Shown here in pieces: positions 58,601 through 64,000 of a stretch of 64,000 nucleotides of DNA. The stretch lies in NCBI RefSeq assembly GCF_036321535.1, contig NC_087437.1, forward strand, positions 112,222,001-112,286,000, given 5' to 3'. The stretch is from Camelus dromedarius (Eukaryota). The notes beneath the pieces are model-generated. The model was not told the DNA's origin. It saw only the letters and a program-made list of their open reading frames with translations, and ran no database searches. The stretch's first letter is position 1; each line of letters starts with the position of its first letter. The translations under genes were made by a program, and so were the position numbers.

Positions 58601-60270
58601 CGGCTCCCTCACCACAATACCCTGCGTCTGCCAGGGAGACAAATCTGAGTTGAACATGCAAGAAGTGCACCCCTCGATTCTAGTAAATGAAACAAGAACT
58701 CAGAGGGACCCAGGATGAGTCCCTCTGAGCTCGGCAAGGGCACAGGCTAGAAAGGTTGTGAGGCCACTGCCAGTGTGAATTGCAGAGTAAGAGGACGAAG
58801 AGGGAAGGGAGGCGGGCTCGTCAAGCCTCTCACCCCTTATGACCGCCATATCCATCCTCCAGTGTTTAAGGGGTGTCTGTGGCCGGGCACCCCGCTCCGT
58901 GCTGGGAGGGGCCTGCAGGGGACTGCAGTCAGTGTCGCTCCGGGATTGTGTGCTGTTTCGGGGTTCTTTGATCAGCCCTATGTGAGTAAGAATTGACATT
59001 TTCCCACAGACCATCCCCTTAAAACGACTTGCTCTCACAGGGCTGGGCCCATTCACCAAATGCTTTGGCTTTGGATCAGGAGGGTGGTGCTGGCTGCCAG
59101 GGGTTGGTCATAGAGAGGTCAAGGAGGGCGGCTGGCCAAGGGGCTGAATGAGGGGAGCTGGACCACCCGGGACGACATCCTGGACACCATCAAAGATAAA
59201 GCCAGACATCAATTAAAGCAGTAAAAACTGATTTGAGTCAATCACAACTGTAGGAGGGGAAAGAGCTGGGAGTTTTGAAGGAAGAATAGGGAACCAGGAG
59301 GGGAAGAGAGCAGAGAGCCAGGGAAGTGAGAAATGACAGAAACTGGTGAGAGGGCTGGTCAGTATGGATGCGGGCAGGCTGTCTGTGTCTAACGCTCAAC
59401 GGTATTTGTCAGATGGGTTCCGCCTTTGTACTGAGACTCAGAGACAGGGGCCCACTTTTTCCCCATTTCAGAGGAATGGCTTTCAGGTCCTTGAGAAAGA
59501 CACTCTTGGGTTGTAGGAGATCCGTGTAGGTCTCAAAGGGACAGAGGAAGGATTTACAGTCCTAAGCTTTTTATGAAAATGTACTAAGAAAGGAAGGTTG
59601 GCAGAACAAAGGTGAGATCTTTTGGCGGCCTTGGGTTTTTCCAGACAGGAGCTCAAGGGGGCGCTGGGTGGGCCCAGGGTTTGGCCTGAGAGTCTCTGAG
59701 TGCAGGCCATTGGATGGGGTGGTCCGTGTGATTCTCAGGACAGAACACTGCAGCACGTGTTTTTCAGTGGGGCTCTGGGGACCCAGGGAGTCCTGTTTCT
59801 TGCTTTAAGCCACAAGAGGTTTATCCAGACCAGGTTGCTGATGGCTGCCCTGTGAGTAAAGCAGGTCAGAGTGCTTGCTTGTGTATATCAGCAGTCATGC
59901 CGAAGCCCAGGTTGGAGGAAGATAGGGAGAGGACAGAGGCTTGCAAACCTCTGGATCCTCGAACAGCTGCTGTGTATCCCCCACACACCTTCCAAGATGT
60001 TGGGCCCCATTTCTGGGCTTGCCATTGTATTGTGATGGTGAAAATAGTGTTAAGGGCACTGTCATCCAATCTGTGCATGACAAGAACATGACCCAGCCCG
60101 TCATCCCCGCAGAAACCACTCCCTCGTGGCTCGTGGCCGGTGTCCTGGCCGCCTCGGTGTGTGCCGCCTTCCTGCTGCTCCTTGGCTGCCTCGCCTCACT
60201 GCGCTGCCTGTACAGGAAGGCCCGGTACGCCTTCTCCCCGAGGTATTCCTTTCCACAGCACCTGAAAGAG
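43568..60270 (+). CDS. IL10RB: Interleukin-10 receptor beta (IL-10R2), 3'-partial; join(43568..43616,44832..44955,48612..48769,51163..51329,55166..55313,60113..60270)
   Basis: Six GT-AG exons (49+124+158+167+148+158=804 nt) in frame: MARSLQSWLGGCLLVSALGMVPPPENVRMNSVNFKNILQWESPAF, ECDFSSLSKYGDHTLRVRAE, IIGPPGMQVE, TTYCVQVQGF, TM, PQHLKE. The final exon is not found in the window. Confidence 0.97.
44832..44955 (+). CDS. IL10RB: IL10RB exon 2 (124 nt)
   Basis: ALGMVPPPENVRMNSVNFKNILQWESPAFPKGNLTFTAQYQ; tttttacag| acceptor and AAG|GTAAGT donor. Confidence 0.96.
45947..46371 (+). mobile_element. MER41-like (cetartiodactyl MER41_BT/Vpa type) ERV1 solo LTR, 3'-truncated, sense in IL10RB intron 2
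   Basis: Starts TGAGACAGGCTGG; contains gagcaacaaaatacaaagaaaccataagggactaaaaataa and ccacctaagccacccctcc; LTR poly(A) AATAAA at 46323-46328; lacks the terminal ...TAACA. Confidence 0.7.
46371..46397. repeat. Short interstitial telomeric repeat, head-to-head: TAAGGG TTAGGG TTAGGG TTA CCCTAA
   Basis: Read directly. Confidence 0.8.
48612..48769 (+). CDS. IL10RB: IL10RB exon 3 (158 nt)
   Basis: SYRKFQDVCTSTVLTECDFSSLSKYGDHTLRVRAEFADEHSDWINITFCPVDD; ttttctag| acceptor and A|GTAAGC donor. Confidence 0.96.
48988..49117 (+). mobile_element. tRNA-Ala-derived SINE (Vic-1-like)
   Basis: ggggagggtatagctcaagtggtagagcgcatgcttagcatgcaggaggtcctggattcagtccc; flanking AGAAATTTGA repeats at 48975 and 49118. 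Confidence 0.85.
49168..49254 (+). mobile_element. Short tRNA-Ala(AGC)-like SINE/retropseudogene with poly(A)
   Basis: gggtatagctcagtggtagagcgcatgcttAGCatgtacaaggtcctgggttcaatccctggtactcca plus an A tail. Confidence 0.8.
51163..51329 (+). CDS. IL10RB: IL10RB exon 4 (167 nt)
   Basis: TIIGPPGMQVEGLANSLHLRFLAPKIEKEPETWTMRNIYNSWAYHVQYWKNGSDEK; cttag| acceptor and AAG|GTAAGC donor. Confidence 0.96.
51866..51971 (+). mobile_element. tRNA-derived SINE (Vic-1-like, degenerate)
   Basis: ggctatagctcagtggtagagtgcatgc...gagttcaatc plus an A tail; flanking aaaaaaaaatgg..ccag repeats. Confidence 0.75.
53033..53420 (+). mobile_element. MLT1A-like MaLR LTR
   Basis: tgctatggactgaatgtttgtg...ggaggtggggcctttgggagatgattaggtcatgagggtg...gaaccatgagaaataaatgtc. 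Confidence 0.8.
54289..54726 (-). mobile_element. MLT1C-like MaLR LTR
   Basis: ttctagaggctggaagtccaagatcaaggtgtc...gattacatctgcaaagaccct...aattcaacccattca. Confidence 0.75.
54766..54930 (+). mobile_element. tRNA-Ala-derived SINE (Vic-1-like)
   Basis: gggggagggtacagctcagcaatagagtgcaggcttagcatgcacaaggtcctgggttcaattcc plus the acctaattac-C-rich-A tail seen in the other copies. Confidence 0.85.
55166..55313 (+). CDS. IL10RB: IL10RB exon 5 (148 nt)
   Basis: YTITCQYDFEVLRNLESWTTYCVQVQGFLPDRNKTGQWSELVCEQTTND; tatag| acceptor and G|GTGAGT donor. Confidence 0.96.
55853..55876. repeat. (AC)12 microsatellite
   Basis: Read directly. Confidence 0.9.
60113..60270 (+). CDS. IL10RB: IL10RB exon 6 (158 nt), transmembrane exon
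   Basis: ETTPSWLVAGVLAASVCAAFLLLLGCLASLRCLYRKARYAFSPRYSFPQHLKE; ccccgcag| acceptor and GAG|GTAGGT donor. Confidence 0.95.
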
Positions 60271-60894
60271 GTAGGTGGTACCGTGGAGCCAGATGTGGGT
60301 TCAGAAACGCTGGCTGGAAGGAGTTTTCCTTCTAAGTCAGGGCCGCCTAACTCAGCACAGCGGACTTTCCTGGAAAGGACACATGCTGGTCCCAGCCCTG
60401 GGGCCATTTCAGGGACATCTGTGCTCATGGAACTGTCCTGTGGGAGAGGACAAAGGTTTGTTCCAGAAGCCCTCCCTCCAGCCAGGACGCTGTTCCTTCT
60501 CCAACCTTCCCTGTCCTTGGGATGTCAGGGAGCAAAGGTGATGATCCTGGGACAAGAAAAGACAAGGCAGAGCTCAGAGCAGAGAAGATAAGGGAGAGAA
60601 AACTAGGCTGAGTGCCAGCAGACAGCCAGGGGAGAGGCTGGGAGAAGGGGCAGGAGCAGCTTCAGTTTGGGGATCTCTGGGAGCGACAAAAATGATGGGA
60701 GGCGGTTCGGAGACTAGAAAAGCAATTTTCTTTTTTCTGTCTTTTTAAGAAAGCTATTTTCAAAGGGTTTAGAAGGAAGAAGGGATGTACCTGGGTAGAG
60801 ACAGTGGGACAGACGTAGCCTTAAGAAATGAAATTCTGGCTATACACTCACCTTTAGAAATGAAACTGTGCCAAGCCCAGCCCCAGAAGACCCA

Positions 60895-61820
60895 ATCTTC
60901 AGTCTCATTCCCCAGGAAACAGACTCTAAGATGGAGGTTTGCATTCAGAAGGCTTAATGAGGAGTAGCTTTGGGAGTAATACCTCTAAGGGAGCGAGGTT
61001 AGCAGGCTGGGAGGAGGGGAATGTTGAGATGTGATGCTGTCACAACAGAGGTCTCTGCCATCCCACAGGGGTTCTGGAGCTGGGGTGGCTCTTTAGAGAT
61101 GACCCGAACTGAGGCAAGAGGGCCTGTGGGTCCCATGTTAACCGTGGGCTGGGTGTGGGCTACCCCCAGGAGGGAGGCGAAACTAGGGCGCAGGAACTCG
61201 TGGGGAGACCCTCAGCAGGGAGGCAGCCCTGCTCCCGCAGCCAGGGGACTGCGTGCCTCCTTGCTGAAGGAGGTCCGGGTGGCTTACTGCGGCATCCACT
61301 CCAGCCCACCCCGTAAACCACCGGGACCCACGGTACAGTTCCTCCAGGAGCTGAATTGATCTCTTCTCCTGGGGAAAGTTACAAGAGGAAGGTTAACGGA
61401 ACAAGGTCCAGCCCCACCGCTGCAGCTGGTCCCGGGTAACATTCACTGTCTCGCTGCTCTGCTGTCCCTGCTGGAGGCCCCTCTCCCCTGACTAGCCCTG
61501 CTGACCTCACAGGGCATCTCACACCCTCAGTGCTAAAAGCCTGAGCCTCTGCTCACGGGGCCGCATGGGTCTGGGCTGCTCTGCTCCTCCACTTGCCATC
61601 AGGACAGGGGACGTCTCAGTGCCACTAGGTGCCCTGTCACTCAGCTGGGTGCCCCTCATCACGTGGCAGCAGCCTTTTCTCCTCCCAGTGACCCATGTGC
61701 TGACTCCTTTCCTTGCCAGCTAGTTTCTTGGCACAAGGAGCCTGACATGAGGTGGCCGCTATAACTGAAAGTTTAGTGGGACCCCTACTGTGTTCCCTGG
61801 TGGAAACGTCCCCTCTGAGA
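60895..61820 (-). mobile_element. LTR16-like LTR plus adjacent degenerate ERVL internal sequence
   Basis: ttccccaggaaacagactctaagatggaggtttgca... then ccaccgctgcagctggtccc...gtttagtgggacccctactgtgttccctggtggaa; family assigned from recall. Confidence 0.45.
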
Positions 61821-61829
61821 ACCCTCTAG

Positions 61830-62020
61830 ATCAGAGTCAGCAAACTTTTCCTTGAAGGGCCACAAAGTAACTGATTTAGGCTTTGAAGCCAAGATTGAGA
61901 TCTTATGTGGATACCTATAGAACCACTTACATGTAATCATTTACAACTTTAAAACCATCCTTTGAAACCAATCCATGCTCATGGATTTAGCCCATGGGCT
62001 GTAGTCTGCTGAGCTCAGCT
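61830..62020. mobile_element. MER58-like hAT element
   Basis: tcagcaaacttttccttgaagggccaca...ggatttagcccatgggctgtagtctgctga. Confidence 0.6.
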
Positions 62021-62340
62021 CTGAGCGCATAGAACCTAAAATTGCGTGGACACGGAGCACCGGCTCCCAGGAGCATCACTGGGAGTGAGGGTGGGCAGGG
62101 CCACTCCCACTTCCACCTGTTGGTCCCTAAACCTCTTGGGGACACAGTATCATATACTGTCGTTGAGTCTCGGTGCATGCCTGGTGCCAGGGGACAACAT
62201 GCTCCAACCTTCAGCAGGCTGGCCACTGTCCTTCCAGGCTGGCAGCCGCTGGGGGGAGGTGCAGCACGCGGATACCAAGCCACTCCTGGCCTCCTCTGCC
62301 ATCACTGGGTCCCGGGGCCTGACATGGTGTAACGCAGGGC

Positions 62341-62790
62341 GTGCGTTAGTCAGCTCAGGCCGCCATAACAAAGCACCACACACTGGGAGGCTTAAGCAAC
62401 AGACACACATCGTCCCAAGGCCCTGAAGACTGGAAGCTCAAGATGCAGGTGTTGGCAGGGTCTGTTCCTTCCAAGGGCCGTAAGGGCGAAGCTGCTCCGG
62501 CCGCTCCCCTCACTTCTGGAGGCTGCTGGTCATCTTTGGTGCCTTAGTTTGTAGAAACCTCACCCCATCTCTGCCTTCGTCTTCACGTGGTGTTCTCCTG
62601 TGTCCAGATTTCCTCTTCTTTAAGTCACTAGTCATATCAGACCAGGGTCCACCCTAAGGGGCTCCTTTAATTTGGTTTCCTCTGTAAGGACCCTATCTCC
62701 AAACAGGGTCACATTCCGAGGCCCAGACTCTGGAAGGGGCACCAGTGCACCCCAACTGGAGCTGACACTTGTTTGGGGAATGATCAGCCG
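62341..62790 (-). mobile_element. MLT1B/C-like MaLR LTR
   Basis: ttagtcagctcaggccgccataacaaagcaccacacactgggaggcttaagcaacag...ccctatctccaaacagggtcacattccgagg. Confidence 0.75.
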
Positions 62791-64000
62791 TACCTGTCCT
62801 GCAGGGCCTTGCCGGCACTGCTGAGGCCTGACAGAACGTTTGCTCCAGGGACAGAGGACCCCGCTGTGGGTCTCGGAGTCAGTATGTGGTCCTGAGACCT
62901 CCCCACGTGGAGCTGCTCCCAGAGTCCAGCCACACGCCTCTTCCCGGACTCCCTCGCCTTCCGGTCTCCCTTCCTCGGGCCCATGACCGCCAACCTCGCC
63001 ATTAGGGCCCTGCCTGGGATTCCACAGATACCTGGCCTTGGGCTGCTTCTCTTTCCATACAGAGAGGATAGGTGACCAGACGCACAGCCCGAAGCTCTGC
63101 CAGTTGGAGGCGCTGTCCTCACCACAGCTGTCCAGGGCAGGCCAGGTTTGGTTTGCACCCACGTGCCACCCTGACCTCCCTGTGAGCCATGTTTGGCCTC
63201 TCCCTCCTGCGAGTCATAGGACTCATCCCCCACCAAGGTCAAGGTGTGAGCAGAGGCAGCAGGGGCGGATGAGGGGGGTCGGCTGGGCCACCTGCACATG
63301 CAGCCTCTGACCCCACCTTAGGACCTGGTGGGTCTGACAAGCCTCGTGATGGTTACTTTTAGGTGGCATGGTCACCTGGCGTCCTGTGGCCGGAGGTTCT
63401 GTCTCTCCCAGGTTCCCATAGCCCATGCTCCAGGAGCTGTTTGCCAACAGGGTGCAATCCTCCGCTGCAGACGGCAGCCTGGCCGCAGAACTGTAGTGAC
63501 CCGCACTGTGGTTCTCTTGGGATTTGCCATCAGCTCTACACAGTGTCTTTTCCCACCACAGGCCCTTCAGGGATCTCCCAGGTCTCACAGCCATTTCACA
63601 TCTGTTGGGTTCAGTTAACACATTGTCATCTGGAGATGAGGCCAGGCCTTCGTACCCCGGTGTTAACCAGCATGGGATGTGGCCAGGGCAGCTTGCTCCA
63701 AAGCCCAGACCATCTGTGGGGCCCTTTCCTGCTCCGGGCCCCCTCAGGGCCAGCAGCCTTTTGTGTCACTCAGTCAGTAAACACACTGGAGTCGTGTTCC
63801 AGATGTGGAACATCCTGCCCCCAGAGCCCTAAGGAACCCACGTAGTATGGTGCTTCCTTCTTAGCGATGGGCGGTGAGACGTGATAATCAGTCCCTTCCT
63901 TTGCAGAGAATGTCCTGGCATGGCCTATTCCATGGGACCGCTAAAACGGATGTGGGAGGTCCCTGAATCTTCACTGGACAAGGGTCCCACCTTCTGAAGT

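Noticed and set aside
59180..59620. Possible ERV1-class LTR remnant in IL10RB intron 5
   Set aside because: Only a vague resemblance; I could not define termini or family without RepeatMasker.
5619..60375. Other TTCCWGGAA GAS-like 9-mers (about 5619, 19262, 28546, 37396, 60367)
   Set aside because: They fall in old repeats, coding sequence or unremarkable intron, at a frequency compatible with chance.
60271..64000. Search for IL10RB exon 7 (FLGHPHH-like start)
   Set aside because: No matching peptide or acceptor found; the exon must lie beyond the window.
1..64000. CRISPR arrays, prokaryotic or viral systems, intact retroelement ORFs, processed pseudogenes
   Set aside because: No regularly spaced repeats and no long intact pol/ORF2 frames; the remaining short ORFs are repeat-derived or random.

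Overview
Mammalian genomic DNA covering part of the class II cytokine receptor cluster. Six tRNA-Ala-derived SINEs resembling Vic-1 and the style of the L1 tail suggest a camelid; the species call is inference. The + strand carries a complete IFNAR2 gene: a non-coding exon 1 in a CpG island, then 8 coding exons from 24623 to 41852 that splice in frame to 1563 nt (520 aa). About 1.7 kb after its stop, IL10RB begins; coding exons 1-6 (43568-60270, 268 codons) are present and the last exon lies beyond the window. The rest is intron and intergenic DNA rich in L1, L2, MIR, MaLR/ERV LTRs and hAT DNA transposons. The most interesting observations are: (1) an IFNB1 PRDI-PRDII-like IRF+NF-kB composite in the IL10RB promoter; (2) a perfect GAS site in both receptor CpG islands; (3) a MER41-like LTR in IL10RB intron 2 whose 3' end is replaced by head-to-head telomeric repeats; (4) a phase-compatible IFNAR2-IL10RB read-through fusion; (5) a splice-created start-stop uORF; (6) a 3-nt-shifted IFNAR2 exon 6 acceptor; (7) local templated duplications. 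No foreign or prokaryotic system is seen. Repeat family names and human comparisons come from recall, not from searches.
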